The notes under the pieces were generated by a model, which saw only the letters and a program-made list of their open reading frames with translations, was not told where the DNA came from and made no database searches. From Escherichia coli (GTDB lineage Bacteria; Pseudomonadota; Gammaproteobacteria; Enterobacterales; Enterobacteriaceae): 64,000 nucleotides of DNA. This document shows, one piece after another, positions 1-12,347 of this stretch (positions are counted from its first letter, which is position 1; every line of letters starts with the position of its first letter). Where the stretch lies: assembly GCF_024502345.1 (NCBI RefSeq), contig NZ_JALDNN010000001.1; one strand, 5' to 3'. The position numbers were made by a program, and so were the translations under genes.

Positions 1-75
1 CACTATTGCTGCAGCCTGCGTAATGCTGCTAGCTTCGGCAACCGCGTTGAACATCTCCAGTTGGGTCAGATCCAT
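1..75 (-). CDS. yneJ: LysR-family transcriptional regulator, 5' end only (runs off window start)
   Basis: Reverse-complement translation begins MDLTQLEMFNAVAEAASITQAAAIV, a LysR-type HTH N-terminus, divergent from sad as in the K-12 arrangement I recall. Confidence 0.55.
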   Translation of the reverse strand, partial: MDLTQLEMFNAVAEASSITQAAAIV

Positions 76-175
76 AATATTCTCGATTCGTGAATAAGTG
101 GCTTAATATTATTCATTTTAAAGCAAGAGTAAATCTGCGTATCTTCATACCATGACTCATAAAGGAGATACCCCG

Positions 176-1564
176 ATGACCATTACTCCGGCAACTCATG
201 CAATTTCGATAAATCCTGCCACGGGTGAACAACTTTCTGTGCTGCCGTGGGCTGGCGCTGATGATATCGAAAACGCACTTCAGCTGGCGGCAGCAGGCTT
301 TCGTGACTGGCGCGAGACAAATATAGATTATCGTGCTGAAAAACTGCGTGATATCGGTAAGGCTCTGCGCGCCCGTAGCGAAGAAATGGCGCAAATGATC
401 ACCCGCGAAATGGGCAAACCAATCAACCAGGCGCGCGCTGAAGTGGCGAAATCGGCGAATTTGTGTGACTGGTATGCAGAACATGGTCCGGCAATGCTGA
501 AGGCGGAACCTACGCTGGTGGAAAATCAGCAGGCAGTTATTGAGTATCGACCGTTGGGGACGATTCTGGCGATTATGCCGTGGAATTTTCCGTTATGGCA
601 GGTGATGCGTGGCGCTGTTCCCATCATTCTTGCAGGTAACGGCTACTTACTTAAACATGCGCCGAATGTGATGGGCTGTGCACAGCTCATTGCCCAGGTA
701 TTTAAAGATGCGGGAATCCCACAAGGCGTATATGGCTGGCTGAATGCCCACAACGACGGTGTCAGTCAGATGATTAAAGACTCGCGCATTGCTGCTGTCA
801 CGGTGACCGGAAGTGTTCGTGCGGGAGCGGCTATTGGTGCACAGGCTGGAGCGGCACTGAAAAAATGCGTACTGGAACTGGGCGGTTCGGATCCATTTAT
901 TGTGCTTAACGATGCCGATCTGGAACTGGCGGTTAAAGCGGCGGTAGCCGGACGTTATCAGAATACCGGACAGGTTTGTGCAGCGGCAAAACGCTTTATT
1001 ATCGAAGAGGGAATTGCTTCGGCATTTACCGAACGTTTTGTGGCAGCTGCGGCAGCCTTGAAAATGGGCGATCCCCGTGACGAAGAGAACGCTCTCGGAC
1101 CAATGGCTCGTTTCGATTTACGTGATGAGCTGCATCATCAGGTGGAGAAAACCCTGGCGCAGGGTGCGCGTTTGTTACTGGGCGGGGAAAAGATGGCTGG
1201 GGCAGGTAACTACTATCCGCCAACGGTTCTGGCGAATGTTACCCCAGAAATGACCGCGTTTCGGGAAGAAATGTTTGGCCCCGTTGCGGCAATCACCGTT
1301 GCGAAATATGCAGAACATGCGCTGGAACTGGCTAATGATAGTGAGTTCGGCCTTTCAGCGACCATTTTTACCACCGACGAAACACAGGCCAGACAGATGG
1401 CGGCACGTCTGGAATGCGGTGGGGTGTTTATCAATGGTTATTGTGCCAGCGATGCGCGAGTGGCCTTTGGTGGCGTGAAAAAGAGTGGCTTTGGTCGTGA
1501 GCTTTCCCATTTCGGATTACACGAATTCTGTAATATCCAGACGGTGTGGAAAGACCGGATCTGA
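176..1564 (+). CDS. sad: NAD-dependent succinate-semialdehyde dehydrogenase
   Basis: ORF 152..1564; aldehyde dehydrogenase family; N-terminus [19 protein letters not shown] matches recalled Sad/YneI; start placed at the Met of MTITP. Confidence 0.9.
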   Translation: MTITPATHAISINPATGEQLSVLPWAGADDIENALQLAAAGFRDWRETNIDYRAEKLRDIGKALRARSEEMAQMITREMGKPINQARAEVAKSANLCDWYAEHGPAMLKAEPTLVENQQAVIEYRPLGTILAIMPWNFPLWQVMRGAVPIILAGNGYLLKHAPNVMGCAQLIAQVFKDAGIPQGVYGWLNAHNDGVSQMIKDSRIAAVTVTGSVRAGAAIGAQAGAALKKCVLELGGSDPFIVLNDADLELAVKAAVAGRYQNTGQVCAAAKRFIIEEGIASAFTERFVAAAAALKMGDPRDEENALGPMARFDLRDELHHQVEKTLAQGARLLLGGEKMAGAGNYYPPTVLANVTPEMTAFREEMFGPVAAITVAKYAEHALELANDSEFGLSATIFTTDETQARQMAARLECGGVFINGYCASDARVAFGGVKKSGFGRELSHFGLHEFCNIQTVWKDRI

Positions 1565-1627
1565 CGCGACATATTCAGCTCTGATATACTCGCAGGTCTT
1601 TTCAGACCTGCGGTCCAGGAGTAGAAA

Positions 1628-2554
1628 GTGGCAGTCGCCATGGATAATGCAATTTTAGAAAACATCTTGCGGCAAGTGCGGCCGCTCATTGGTCAGGGTA
1701 AAGTCGCGGATTATATTCCGGCGCTGGCTACAGTAGACGGTTCCCGATTGGGCATTGCTATCTGTACCGTTGACGGACAGCTTTTTCAGGCCGGAGACGC
1801 GCAAGAACGTTTTTCCATTCAGTCTATTTCTAAAGTGCTGAGTCTCGTTGTCGCCATGCGTCATTACTCCGAAGAGGAAATCTGGCAACGCGTCGGCAAA
1901 GATCCGTCTGGATCACCGTTCAATTCTTTAGTGCAACTGGAAATGGAGCAGGGTATTCCGCGTAATCCGTTTATTAATGCTGGTGCGCTGGTGGTCTGCG
2001 ATATGTTGCAAGGGCGATTAAGCGCACCACGGCAACGTATGCTGGAAGTCGTGCGCGGCTTAAGCGGTGTGTCTGATATTTCCTACGATACGGTGGTAGC
2101 GCGTTCCGAATTTGAACATTCCGCGCGAAATGCGGCTATCGCCTGGCTGATGAAGTCGTTTGGCAATTTCCATCATGACGTGACAACCGTTCTGCAAAAC
2201 TATTTTCATTACTGCGCTCTGAAAATGAGCTGTGTAGAGCTGGCCCGGACGTTTGTCTTTCTGGCTAATCAGGGGAAAGCTATTCATATTGATGAACCTG
2301 TGGTGACGCCAATGCAGGCACGGCAAATTAACGCGCTGATGGCGACCAGTGGTATGTACCAGAACGCGGGGGAGTTTGCCTGGCGGGTGGGACTACCGGC
2401 GAAATCTGGCGTTGGTGGCGGTATTGTGGCGATTGTTCCGCATGAAATGGCCATCGCAGTCTGGAGTCCGGAACTGGATGATGCAGGTAACTCGCTTGCG
2501 GGTATCGCCGTCCTTGAACAATTGACGAAACAGTTAGGGCGTTCGGTTTATTAA
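1628..2554 (+). CDS. glsB: glutaminase 2
   Basis: 308-aa ORF, serine-dependent glutaminase family, matches recalled YneH/GlsB. Confidence 0.9.
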   Translation: MAVAMDNAILENILRQVRPLIGQGKVADYIPALATVDGSRLGIAICTVDGQLFQAGDAQERFSIQSISKVLSLVVAMRHYSEEEIWQRVGKDPSGSPFNSLVQLEMEQGIPRNPFINAGALVVCDMLQGRLSAPRQRMLEVVRGLSGVSDISYDTVVARSEFEHSARNAAIAWLMKSFGNFHHDVTTVLQNYFHYCALKMSCVELARTFVFLANQGKAIHIDEPVVTPMQARQINALMATSGMYQNAGEFAWRVGLPAKSGVGGGIVAIVPHEMAIAVWSPELDDAGNSLAGIAVLEQLTKQLGRSVY

Positions 2555-2913
2555 TGCAGTCTCTCGATCCACTCTTCGCGCGTTTATCCCGTTCAAAATT
2601 TCGATCTCGCTTTCGTTTGGGCATGAAAGAGCGTCAGTATTGTCTGGATAAAGGTGCGCCAGTCATCGAACAACATGCAGCAGATTTTGTCGCTAAACGT
2701 CTTGCTCCGGCATTACCGGCTAATGACGGTAAGCAAACCCCCATGCGCGGGCATCCGGTGTTTATCGCTCAGCACGCCACTGCAACCTGTTGTCGCGGTT
2801 GTCTGGCTAAGTGGCATAACATTCCGCAGGGTGTTTCGTTAAGCGAGCAACAACAACATTATATCGTGGCGGTAATCTATTACTGGCTGGTTATACAGAT
2901 GAATCAGCCATGA
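2554..2913 (+). CDS. yneG: DUF-type small protein YneG
   Basis: 119-aa ORF directly after glsB, conserved position in the K-12 gene order. Confidence 0.7.
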   Translation: MQSLDPLFARLSRSKFRSRFRLGMKERQYCLDKGAPVIEQHAADFVAKRLAPALPANDGKQTPMRGHPVFIAQHATATCCRGCLAKWHNIPQGVSLSEQQQHYIVAVIYYWLVIQMNQP

Positions 2914-3051
2914 TAATTGCGGAAAACGATAAAATAGCATTCCCAGGGTACCTTTATTTGCCGCCGCTGTCAGCGAACATGCTATCCTTTATGAGAATTT
3001 ACTTATTACGTTGAGATAATTGCCACCCGCAATTGTATGGACAGATAATTA

Positions 3052-4470
3052 ATGCATGTACACCCCATTTCAACTTTCCGTTTGTTCCAGGAAGGTCATC
3101 TGCTACGTAATAGCATCGCTATTTTTGCGCTAACCACGCTGTTCTATTTTATTGGTGCAGAGTTACGGCTGGTTCACGAACTTTCTCTTTTCTGGCCGCT
3201 GAATGGCGTAATGGCGGGGGTGTTTGCCCGCTATGTCTGGCTTAATCGACTGCATTACTATGCGATCAGTTATGTGGCGATGCTGGTTTATGATGCCATA
3301 ACCACCGAATGGGGACTGGTTTCACTGGCTATCAATTTCTCCAATATGATGTTTATTGTTACCGTCGCCTTACTGGTCGTGCGGGATAAGCGTCTGGGGA
3401 AAAATAAGTATGAGCCAGTAAGTGCCTTACGGCTATTTAATTACTGTCTGATTGCCGCATTATTATGCGCTATTGTCGGGGCGATTGGTTCGGTCAGTAT
3501 TGATAGTCTGGATTTCTGGCCCTTGCTTGCCGACTGGTTCAGTGAGCAATTCTCAACGGGCGTGTTGATCGTGCCTTGTATGCTGACGTTGGCAATTCCT
3601 GGAGTGCTGCCGCGCTTTAAAGCAGAACAGATGATGCCCGCCATCGCGCTTATTGTGTCGGTTATTGCCTCGGTAGTCATTGGCGGAGCGGGGAGTCTGG
3701 CGTTCCCGCTGCCTGCATTAATCTGGTGTGCAGTGCGCTATACGCCGCAGGTAACATGTATGTTGACCTTTGTTACCGGTGCGGTGGAAATCGTACCGGT
3801 GGCTAATTCGGTGATTGATATCTCGGTCGGTTCGCCGTTCTCCATTCCGGAAATGTTCTCCGCACGTCTCGGTATTGCCACGATGGCGATATGCCCAATT
3901 ATGGTTTCTTTTAGCGTGGCAGCGATCAATTCGCTAATGAAGCAAGTTGCGCTGCGAGCCGACTTTGATTTTCTGACTCAGGTTTACTCACGGTCCGGTC
4001 TTTATGAGGCGCTGAAAAGTCCATCGCTGAAACAGACACAACATCTGACTGTCATGCTGCTTGATATCGACTATTTCAAAAGTATTAACGATAACTATGG
4101 ACATGAATGTGGCGATAAAGTGTTAAGCGTGTTTGCCCGGCATATTCAGAAGATTGTCGGTGATAAGGGGCTGGTGGCGCGCATGGGCGGCGAAGAATTT
4201 GCTGTTGCAGTGCCGTCAGTGAATCCTGTCGATGGTCTGCTAATGGCGGAAAAAATCCGTAAAGGCGTTGAACTGCAACCATTCACCTGGCAACAAAAAA
4301 CGCTTTATCTCACGGTAAGTATTGGCGTCGGTAGTGGTCGCGCATCGTACCGAACGCTTACCGATGACTTTAATAAATTGATGGTCGAAGCCGATACCTG
4401 TCTGTATCGCTCGAAGAAAGATGGGCGCAACCGTACCAGCACTATGCGTTACGGGGAGGAAGTTGTCTGA
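3052..4470 (+). CDS. dgcF: membrane-anchored diguanylate cyclase (GGDEF domain)
   Basis: 472-aa ORF, hydrophobic N-terminal half, C-terminal GGDEF domain with RMGGEEF active-site motif. Confidence 0.8.
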   Translation: MHVHPISTFRLFQEGHLLRNSIAIFALTTLFYFIGAELRLVHELSLFWPLNGVMAGVFARYVWLNRLHYYAISYVAMLVYDAITTEWGLVSLAINFSNMMFIVTVALLVVRDKRLGKNKYEPVSALRLFNYCLIAALLCAIVGAIGSVSIDSLDFWPLLADWFSEQFSTGVLIVPCMLTLAIPGVLPRFKAEQMMPAIALIVSVIASVVIGGAGSLAFPLPALIWCAVRYTPQVTCMLTFVTGAVEIVPVANSVIDISVGSPFSIPEMFSARLGIATMAICPIMVSFSVAAINSLMKQVALRADFDFLTQVYSRSGLYEALKSPSLKQTQHLTVMLLDIDYFKSINDNYGHECGDKVLSVFARHIQKIVGDKGLVARMGGEEFAVAVPSVNPVDGLLMAEKIRKGVELQPFTWQQKTLYLTVSIGVGSGRASYRTLTDDFNKLMVEADTCLYRSKKDGRNRTSTMRYGEEVV

Positions 4471-4696
4471 CATCTTTATTCATTCAGAGCGTTTTAAATG
4501 CAATGTGTTCTACCACTTTATGTTCGAAGAAAAGGCGTATTTCCTCAATTAAACCATGATCCGCGCCACACTTTTCTCATAAAACTGCTCATTAATCATC
4601 AGGAGTTGATCAAAACAGGGGTTCGGCGTATTAAAGTTTGCTAACCTGTCGTACCAATTTAAACAGGTTGTATGACTAATCAGAAGGGAACCCATT

Positions 4697-6148
4697 GTGA
4701 AAACACTAAATCGTCGTGATTTTCCCGGTGCACAGTATCCAGAACGTATCATTCAGTTTGGTGAAGGTAACTTCCTGCGCGCCTTTGTTGACTGGCAAAT
4801 TGATCTCCTGAATGAGCACACCGATCTGAATTCTGGTGTGGTCGTTGTTCGTCCGATTGAAACTTCATTCCCGCCGTCACTGAGCACGCAGGATGGTCTG
4901 TACACCACCATTATCCGTGGCCTGAATGAGAAGGGGGAAGCGGTCAGCGACGCGCGTCTGATTCGCTCTGTTAATCGTGAAATCAGCGTCTACAGTGAAT
5001 ACGATGAATTCCTGAAACTGGCGCACAATCCGGAAATGCGCTTTGTTTTCTCTAACACCACCGAAGCGGGTATCAGCTACCATGCGGGCGATAAATTCGA
5101 TGACGCGCCAGCGGTAAGCTATCCCGCAAAACTGACCCGTCTGCTGTTCGAACGTTTTAGCCATTTCAACGGTGCGCTGGATAAAGGTTGGATCATCATC
5201 CCGTGTGAGTTGATTGACTACAATGGCGACGCGTTGCGTGAACTGGTGCTGCGCTATGCGCAAGAGTGGGCACTGCCAGAAGCATTTATTCAATGGCTGG
5301 ATCAGGCTAACAGCTTCTGTTCTACGCTGGTGGACCGTATCGTTACCGGCTATCCGCGTGATGAAGTGGCTAAACTGGAAGAAGAACTGGGTTATCACGA
5401 TGGTTTCCTCGACACCGCTGAACACTTTTACCTGTTTGTGATTCAGGGGCCGAAATCCTTAGCGACTGAACTGCGTCTGGACAAATATCCGCTCAACGTG
5501 CTGATTGTTGACGATATTAAACCGTATAAAGAACGCAAAGTGGCAATTCTCAACGGTGCACACACCGCGTTGGTGCCGGTGGCGTTCCAGGCAGGGCTGG
5601 ATACCGTAGGTGAAGCGATGAACGATGCTGAAATTTGCGCATTCGTTGAAAAAGCCATCTACGAAGAAATTATTCCGGTACTGGATTTGCCACGCGATGA
5701 ACTGGAATCTTTCGCCAGTGCAGTCACCGGGCGTTTCCGTAACCCGTACATTAAGCATCAGCTGCTGTCTATCGCGCTCAACGGTATGACCAAGTTCCGT
5801 ACCCGCATCCTGCCGCAGCTGCTGGCAGGGCAGAAGGCAAACGGCACACTTCCGGCGCGCCTTACTTTCGCATTAGCGGCATTGATTGCGTTCTATCGTG
5901 GTGAGCGTAACGGAGAAACATATCCGGTACAGGACGATGCTCACTGGCTGGAACATTATCAGCAACTCTGGAGTCAGCATCGTGACCGTGTTATCGGTAC
6001 CCAGGAACTGGTAGCGATTGTGTTGGCAGAAAAAGACCACTGGGAGCAGGACCTGACGCAAGTGCCTGGTCTGGTCGAGCAGGTTGCTAATGACCTGGAT
6101 GCGATTCTTGAAAAAGGGATGCGCGAAGCTGTACGTCCGTTGTGCTAA
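4697..6148 (+). CDS. uxaB: altronate oxidoreductase (tagaturonate reductase)
   Basis: 483-aa ORF, mannitol dehydrogenase family, GTG start. Confidence 0.9.
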   Translation: MKTLNRRDFPGAQYPERIIQFGEGNFLRAFVDWQIDLLNEHTDLNSGVVVVRPIETSFPPSLSTQDGLYTTIIRGLNEKGEAVSDARLIRSVNREISVYSEYDEFLKLAHNPEMRFVFSNTTEAGISYHAGDKFDDAPAVSYPAKLTRLLFERFSHFNGALDKGWIIIPCELIDYNGDALRELVLRYAQEWALPEAFIQWLDQANSFCSTLVDRIVTGYPRDEVAKLEEELGYHDGFLDTAEHFYLFVIQGPKSLATELRLDKYPLNVLIVDDIKPYKERKVAILNGAHTALVPVAFQAGLDTVGEAMNDAEICAFVEKAIYEEIIPVLDLPRDELESFASAVTGRFRNPYIKHQLLSIALNGMTKFRTRILPQLLAGQKANGTLPARLTFALAALIAFYRGERNGETYPVQDDAHWLEHYQQLWSQHRDRVIGTQELVAIVLAEKDHWEQDLTQVPGLVEQVANDLDAILEKGMREAVRPLC

Positions 6149-6152
6149 TACT

Positions 6153-6185
6153 CTGAACCCGGTTTCGACCGGGTTTCTCATTTCA
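6153..6185 (+). terminator. rho-independent terminator after uxaB
   Basis: Hairpin gaacccggtttcgaccgggtttc followed by a T-rich run. Confidence 0.6.
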
Positions 6186-6344
6186 CTATATTAGTTACAA
6201 CATCCTATATGCCTTTATCATTAACAGGTGCCACATGCAGCACCTGTTAATGTTGTAAGCTTGTAGATAATTTGTAAGTCGTGTCTTGAGAATGTGATCG
6301 TAATCACGTTTAATAGGGCTACTTTTCCACGCCTGAAGATAACC

Positions 6345-7259
6345 ATGATCGTTCGTCCACAACAACACTGGCTGCGCCGTATTTTTGTCTGGCATGGCTC
6401 AGTATTATCCAAGATATCCTCGCGCTTACTACTCAATTTTCTCTTTTCTATCGCTGTTATTTTCATGCTGCCCTGGTACACGCATTTGGGCATCAAATTC
6501 ACCCTCGCACCGTTCAGCATTCTCGGTGTCGCCATCGCCATTTTTCTTGGTTTTCGTAATAATGCCGGGTACGCCCGTTACGTTGAAGCGCGCAAACTTT
6601 GGGGGCAGTTGATGATTGCCTCGCGGTCGTTACTGCGCGAAGTAAAAACGACATTGCCGGATTCGGCAAGTGTAAGGGAGTTTGCCCGTCTGCAAATCGC
6701 CTTCGCCCACTGTTTACGCATGACATTACGCAAACAGCCACAGGCGGAAGTGCTGGCTCATTATCTCAAGACTGAAGATCTTCAGCGTGTACTGGCTTCG
6801 AACTCTCCAGCTAACCGTATCTTGTTAATAATGGGGGAGTGGTTGGCGGTTCAGCGACGCAATGGACAACTTTCAGATATCCTGTTTATTAGCCTCAACG
6901 ATCGGCTTAACGATATTTCAGCGGTTCTGGCAGGCTGCGAGCGCATTGCCTACACGCCAATTCCCTTTGCCTATACCCTGATTTTGCATCGTACCGTTTA
7001 TCTGTTTTGTATCATGCTGCCGTTCGCGCTGGTCGTGGACCTGCATTACATGACGCCTTTTATCTCTGTGCTGATTTCCTACACTTTTATTTCGCTGGAT
7101 TGTCTGGCGGAAGAACTGGAAGATCCATTCGGTACTGAAAACAATGATTTACCACTGGATGCCATCTGCAACGCTATTGAAATTGACCTCTTACAGATGA
7201 ACGATGAAGCCGAAATTCCAGCAAAAATTCTTCCCGATCGTCATTACCAGCTGACGTGA
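6345..7259 (+). CDS. yneE: bestrophin-family membrane protein
   Basis: ORF 6294..7259; start placed at MIVRPQQHW as in recalled YneE (304 aa); hydrophobic. Confidence 0.8.
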   Translation: MIVRPQQHWLRRIFVWHGSVLSKISSRLLLNFLFSIAVIFMLPWYTHLGIKFTLAPFSILGVAIAIFLGFRNNAGYARYVEARKLWGQLMIASRSLLREVKTTLPDSASVREFARLQIAFAHCLRMTLRKQPQAEVLAHYLKTEDLQRVLASNSPANRILLIMGEWLAVQRRNGQLSDILFISLNDRLNDISAVLAGCERIAYTPIPFAYTLILHRTVYLFCIMLPFALVVDLHYMTPFISVLISYTFISLDCLAEELEDPFGTENNDLPLDAICNAIEIDLLQMNDEAEIPAKILPDRHYQLT

Positions 7260-7262
7260 TAC

Positions 7263-8021
7263 TTACTCCGTACGCCGGGCAACAATAAACAGACGCGGAA
7301 ATGCCAGCAGTATCTGTCCGTTCTCTTGCAGTGGATACTGCTCTTCCAACATCTGATGGTAGCGCGTAAGAAAATGCTGCTGTTTGCTCTCGGTCAGATC
7401 CTGTAACCACGGACGTAATCCAGTGGCAGTCACCCAATCGATAATCGCCTGGTGCGACGGCATCTGATGATAGTAAGTGGTTCGCCAGATATCGACCTTA
7501 CATCCGGCTTCGCTCAAAATATCGTAGTAAGCATGAACGCCTGCCAGCGGCTCACGCCCGCGATCCGGGTAGTTTTGTTCCCAGGCAACTTCGCGCATGA
7601 GCACATGGGTCGGCTCCAGCCAGTTATCTGGCATCTGTACTGCCAGCACGCCCTGCGGATTAAGTAACGAAACCAGATGAGGAAACAATTCGTAGTGGTC
7701 GGGCAGCCATTGCAGTGAGGCATTAGCAAAAATCAGATCGAGTGTCTGTTCCGGTTGCCAATTGCGGATATCTGCTTCCACAAACTGGCAGTCTGGCAAA
7801 GCACTGCGCGCTTCAGCAATCATCGCCGGAGACAAGTCGATGCCCGTTATCCTGGCAGCAGGCCAACGTTGTTGTAGAAGGGCGGTGCTGTTACCTGGGC
7901 CACAGCCAAGATCGGCAACATATTCGACATTCTCCAGCGGCACTCTGGCAAGCAGCTCCACCGCCGGACGCGATCGTTCAGCGGCAAAGTGCAGATATAA
8001 AGAGGGGTTCCAGTCAGACAT
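7263..8021 (-). CDS. tam: trans-aconitate 2-methyltransferase
   Basis: 252-aa ORF, SAM-methyltransferase motif DLGCGPG. Confidence 0.85.
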   Translation of the reverse strand: MSDWNPSLYLHFAAERSRPAVELLARVPLENVEYVADLGCGPGNSTALLQQRWPAARITGIDLSPAMIAEARSALPDCQFVEADIRNWQPEQTLDLIFANASLQWLPDHYELFPHLVSLLNPQGVLAVQMPDNWLEPTHVLMREVAWEQNYPDRGREPLAGVHAYYDILSEAGCKVDIWRTTYYHQMPSHQAIIDWVTATGLRPWLQDLTESKQQHFLTRYHQMLEEQYPLQENGQILLAFPRLFIVARRTE

Positions 8022-8077
8022 TTTTTTACTCCCGTCAGCGCGTTACCCCAATTGTAGATAAAACTGATAAATTCGCC

Positions 8078-8368
8078 TCACGGCATCAACCCATTGAACC
8101 GACGTTTTTTACGCGGCCCGGTCATTAAAGATTCCAGTTTCGCGACACAGGTTTTGTAGTGGGGCGTGGTTTTATGGAATGCCACTGCGTCTTCATCTTT
8201 ATAGGCTTCGTAGATATAAAAGCGCGAATTCACTTCCGGGTCCTGTAAGACATCGAAGCGCAAATTGCCTTCTTCCTGTACAGAGCCCAGGTGGTTCTGG
8301 CGAAAAACTTCGATAAACTCGTCAACCTTGTCTTCATGAACGTTAATTTCAACCAGTGTGACGTGCAT
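8078..8368 (-). CDS. lsrG: autoinducer-2 degradation protein LsrG
   Basis: ORF 8078..8404; start placed at [10 protein letters not shown]; last gene of the lsr operon. Confidence 0.85.
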   Translation of the reverse strand: MHVTLVEINVHEDKVDEFIEVFRQNHLGSVQEEGNLRFDVLQDPEVNSRFYIYEAYKDEDAVAFHKTTPHYKTCVAKLESLMTGPRKKRRFNGLMP

Positions 8369-8390
8369 GTTTCTTCTCCTTAATCCGCAG

Positions 8391-9266
8391 TTACTGTTTT
8401 TCACTCAGATAGAGTTCATATGCCCGATCAGCCGTTTCGTTATGGTGTACCACCGCCTGTACGGCTTTCATCATTGCCACCGGATGGTCAGACTGGAAAA
8501 TATTACGCCCCATATCCACACCAGAAGCGCCCTGATCGATAGCCTGCCAGCACATTTCCAGCGCCTCGCGCTCCGGTAATTTTTTACCGCCAGCAATAAC
8601 AATGGGTACCGGACATCCGGCAACAATCCGTTCAAAACCTTTTTCGACATAGTAGGTTTTGATAATTTGCGCCCCCATTTCAGCGGCGATTCGAGTCGCG
8701 AGCGAGAAATAACGCTGATCGCGCACCATATCTTTGCCCACGCCAGTCACGGCCATGGTCGGCATTCCCACTTTCATTCCGGCATCAACCAGCTGAATAA
8801 TATTTTTGATCGACTGATGTTCATATTCGCTGCCGATATAAACCTGCGCCGCCACCGCGCAACTGTTCAGGCGCACGGCGTCATCCATCGATAACGCCAC
8901 GGCTTCATTACTTAATTCCGCCAGAATAGAGTTCGCACCTGACGCCCGCAGTACCACCGGCCTATTGGCCGCAGGGGGAACTACGCTGCGCAAAATCCCG
9001 CGCGTACACATTAATACATCGGCATGTTCAAACAGCGGGGCGATATTTATATCAATGCGTTCAAGTCCGGTAGTCGGTCCCTGAAAATAACCATGGTCAA
9101 AAGCCAGCATCACGGTTTTACCCGTTTTCGGATTAAATATCCGCGATAAGCGTGACTGCATTCCCCAATCCAGCGCACCGCAACCTTTCAGGGTAAAAGG
9201 GATATTTTTTTGCGGTTGATCGGTACGAAAATCTTTACCATCTTTAATATCGTCTAAATCTGCCAT
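8391..9266 (-). CDS. lsrF: 3-hydroxy-5-phosphonooxypentane-2,4-dione thiolase (aldolase family)
   Basis: 291-aa ORF, class I aldolase family, lsr operon position. Confidence 0.9.
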   Translation of the reverse strand: MADLDDIKDGKDFRTDQPQKNIPFTLKGCGALDWGMQSRLSRIFNPKTGKTVMLAFDHGYFQGPTTGLERIDINIAPLFEHADVLMCTRGILRSVVPPAANRPVVLRASGANSILAELSNEAVALSMDDAVRLNSCAVAAQVYIGSEYEHQSIKNIIQLVDAGMKVGMPTMAVTGVGKDMVRDQRYFSLATRIAAEMGAQIIKTYYVEKGFERIVAGCPVPIVIAGGKKLPEREALEMCWQAIDQGASGVDMGRNIFQSDHPVAMMKAVQAVVHHNETADRAYELYLSEKQ

Positions 9267-9292
9267 AACTTACTCCGGTTAAGTAATGCACA

Positions 9293-10315
9293 TCAGAAAT
9301 CGTATTTGCCGATATTCTCTTTGTTGAATATCACGCGCTCCGGTAACAGTACGATGCCATTACCATCCGCTTCGTAGTCATAGCCCTGGACGCTGTTTGG
9401 CGAGACTTCCACCTGACCTACGCCCTGAATATCCAGCTTGTCGCCCGTTTTCATTGATCCTTTTTTCAATAATGCATCCGCGACATAAACTGAAATTTTG
9501 CCTTGCTGAACCACATCCCACAGGCCAAATTCTTTCACCGTGCCGCGTTCCACATATGGATGCATCACGTTTGGCGTACTGAATCCGACAATCGCAACTT
9601 TGTCATTTTTCAGGTTTTCTGCGGCTTGTGCGGCAGCGGGCAGGGCATTGGCATCGGGGGCGATAATGGCGTCGAGATCGCTATACGCTTTTAATATTCC
9701 TTCTGCGGTTTGTAATGATTTAGTGGCATCGTTATAGCCAAACTGCGTAGTGACAATTTCCCAGCCAGGATGCTCTTTGGCGATTTTCGCTTTCGCTTCT
9801 TTCACCCACTGGTTTTGGTCCGTAACGGTGGGGCTTGAGTAGAAAAACGCGACTTTGGCTTTGTCTTTATTCACCTGACGCGCCGCCATATCCACCAACA
9901 TACCTCCCAACTGGGCGGGCGTTCCCTGATTAATGTAGTAAGAGCGGCACTCCGGTTTAGTATCAGAGTCCCAGGTCAGCACTCTCACACCACGTTGCAT
10001 GGCGCGTTTCAGTGCCGGACACAAGCCATCAGGCGAAACCGCAGAAACGATAATGGCGTTATAACCTTGATTGACGAAGTTATTAATCAACTGTACCTGA
10101 CCAGAAACACTGGGTTCTGTCGGCCCGTCGTAGGTCACATCAACGCCCAGCTCTTTACCCGCTTGTTGTGCGCCGTTGCCACCGCTGGTAAAAAATCCCA
10201 CGCCAACCAGTTTGGGAATAAATGCAATACGCTCTGCGGCCTGCACATTCATAGAGATTGCGGCAATGCCAAGAGCGCTAAGTAAGGCGATTTTCTTAAA
10301 GCGATGAAGTGTCAT
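9293..10315 (-). CDS. lsrB: AI-2 periplasmic binding protein
   Basis: 340-aa ORF with signal peptide, sugar-binding protein fold. Confidence 0.9.
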   Translation of the reverse strand: MTLHRFKKIALLSALGIAAISMNVQAAERIAFIPKLVGVGFFTSGGNGAQQAGKELGVDVTYDGPTEPSVSGQVQLINNFVNQGYNAIIVSAVSPDGLCPALKRAMQRGVRVLTWDSDTKPECRSYYINQGTPAQLGGMLVDMAARQVNKDKAKVAFFYSSPTVTDQNQWVKEAKAKIAKEHPGWEIVTTQFGYNDATKSLQTAEGILKAYSDLDAIIAPDANALPAAAQAAENLKNDKVAIVGFSTPNVMHPYVERGTVKEFGLWDVVQQGKISVYVADALLKKGSMKTGDKLDIQGVGQVEVSPNSVQGYDYEADGNGIVLLPERVIFNKENIGKYDF

Positions 10316-10326
10316 GAAGATATCCT

Positions 10327-11319
10327 TTATGGCAATGGGTTATTGGCCCGACGCGCCAGCCACTCTTTAATTTGCTGGCGATGCAGGCTAACGGAACGAC
10401 CTACGACAACGACGATAAGTAGCGCACCGGAAAGGGCGCTGGACACCTGATTTGGCACTCCTGCCATTTGCAAACCTTGTTGCAAATATCCCACTAATAA
10501 AACCGCAATGGCGGTGCCGATAATGGAACCGGAACCACCATAAATATTGGCCCCGCCAAGCACCACGGCGGTGATGCCGGGCATCAGAAACGACGCACCG
10601 AGATCGGAACGTGCTGAACCAAAATACGATACCAGCAGCACAGCGGCGACCGCAGATGCCAGCCCCGTCATGGCATAGAGTGCACATAAGGTGCGGTTAA
10701 CTGGAATCGCGCTATAAAGCGCCACGCGCGGGCTTTGCCCAATCAAAAACACATTACGTCCGGCATGGGTTTTATGCAGCCAGAGCCAGAAAACGAGGAG
10801 ACATATCAGGAAGATAATCAGCGGAACGGGGAGTCCCAGCACATCCAGGTTAGCGAAATCTGTAAACGCCATCGGGAATCCACCAATACCTTCGTACCCC
10901 GTCGCTCCGGCCATACCGGAAAGCAGCAGAGCGCTTCCGGCAAACAGATACAGCGTGCCAAGCGTAATCACCAGCGGGTTAACTTTGGTATAGATAATTA
11001 ATCCGGCGTTGATCAGCCCGCACAATGCGCCGAGCAGTAAGGTCAGGAGTATCGCCAGCGGCATCGGCACACCACTTTGAAACAGTACGCCCAATGCAAT
11101 GGCGCAGAGGCCGATGGTCGAACCAAACGAAATATCGATCCCGCCACTGACAATCACCATCGTCAGCGGTAGGGCGACAATGCCAATGCAGATAAAGTCA
11201 CTGGTGCTGAACAGCAACATATTGAGGTCTAACATCCGCGGGTTATTTGCACCAAATGCGACAATCTCAATTACGAGCAGTGCGGCAAGAGCCAGTTCCC
11301 AACCGTAGCGAATACGCAT
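10327..11319 (-). CDS. lsrD: AI-2 ABC transporter permease
   Basis: 330-aa polytopic membrane ORF. Confidence 0.9.
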   Translation of the reverse strand: MRIRYGWELALAALLVIEIVAFGANNPRMLDLNMLLFSTSDFICIGIVALPLTMVIVSGGIDISFGSTIGLCAIALGVLFQSGVPMPLAILLTLLLGALCGLINAGLIIYTKVNPLVITLGTLYLFAGSALLLSGMAGATGYEGIGGFPMAFTDFANLDVLGLPVPLIIFLICLLVFWLWLHKTHAGRNVFLIGQSPRVALYSAIPVNRTLCALYAMTGLASAVAAVLLVSYFGSARSDLGASFLMPGITAVVLGGANIYGGSGSIIGTAIAVLLVGYLQQGLQMAGVPNQVSSALSGALLIVVVVGRSVSLHRQQIKEWLARRANNPLP

Positions 11320-12347
11320 TATGCAGCCTCCCGTTTTTTACCTGACGAAGCGGGTTTAACGGATGGCGGTGGCGTCATAAAGCGGGCATATTTTTGCCGC
11401 CGCAGATTACGTTCCAGCGCGCAACGCAGGCGTCCATCAAACACCAGCACCGCCAGCAGCACGAGGCCCGCGATAAAATCATTCCACCATGCCGGAATGC
11501 GCAACAGCACCAGTACACTATCGATCTGCGTCAGGAACCATGCGCCGAGTACCGCACCGATGATCGCACCGGAACCGCCGAGCAAACTAATGCCGCCCAG
11601 CACGCAGGCTGCAATTGCTTTCATCTCCAGCCCGGTACCGGTCTGGTTGGGGATAAAACCAATCTGCGAAGCAAACACAATCCCCGCCAGTGCCGCCATG
11701 CAGCCGTTCAACGAAAATGCCACAATGCGAATGGCTTCCGTACGAACGCCCAGTTGACGAGCGCCCTGTAAATTATCGCCCGTGGCATAAAAACTGCGTC
11801 CAAACGCCGTCTTCGCCAGCAGCCAGGCCATAAATGCCACCAGAATTATCGTCAACCAACCAATTGCTGAAACGCCAAGCAGCAGCGGGGCGGAGAGCTG
11901 TTTCAGTTCGGCGGGTAACCCTTCAATCCATTTGCCGCCAGTCCACAGCAACATAATGCCTCTGTACAACCCTAACGTGCCAAGGGTGGCAACAATGGCA
12001 GGGATCTTTAGCCACGCGACCAGGACACCGTTGAAAAATCCCGCGAGCAAACCAAGCAGTAAAGTCGCGACACAGGCAACAGGTAGTGAATATCCTGCGT
12101 TCAGTAACATCCCCAACAGCACCGCGCACATTCCGGTAATCGAACCCACTGAAACATCAATATTGCGCGTAAGCATTACCAGCGTCGCGCCCATTGCCAG
12201 CAGGATCAGGATTTGCGCGCTGCTATAAACCATGGTCAGCGTTTGCACACTTAAATACTGGCGGTCGAGAAAACCGGGTAATACAAACAGCAGCACCACC
12301 GCCAGCAGTGCCGTGATTTCACGGTTGTTCTGAATAAACTTCAGCAT
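11319..12347 (-). CDS. lsrC: AI-2 ABC transporter permease
   Basis: 342-aa polytopic membrane ORF. Confidence 0.9.

Noticed and set aside
113-484. 123-aa ORF on the minus strand overlapping the 5' part of sad
   Set aside because: Lies entirely antisense to a well-supported gene; typical shadow ORF in GC-rich coding sequence. The same applies to the many other 60-180-aa antisense ORFs inside sad, glsB, dgcF, uxaB, the lsr genes, the autotransporter, tnpA, the dms-like genes and pqqL.
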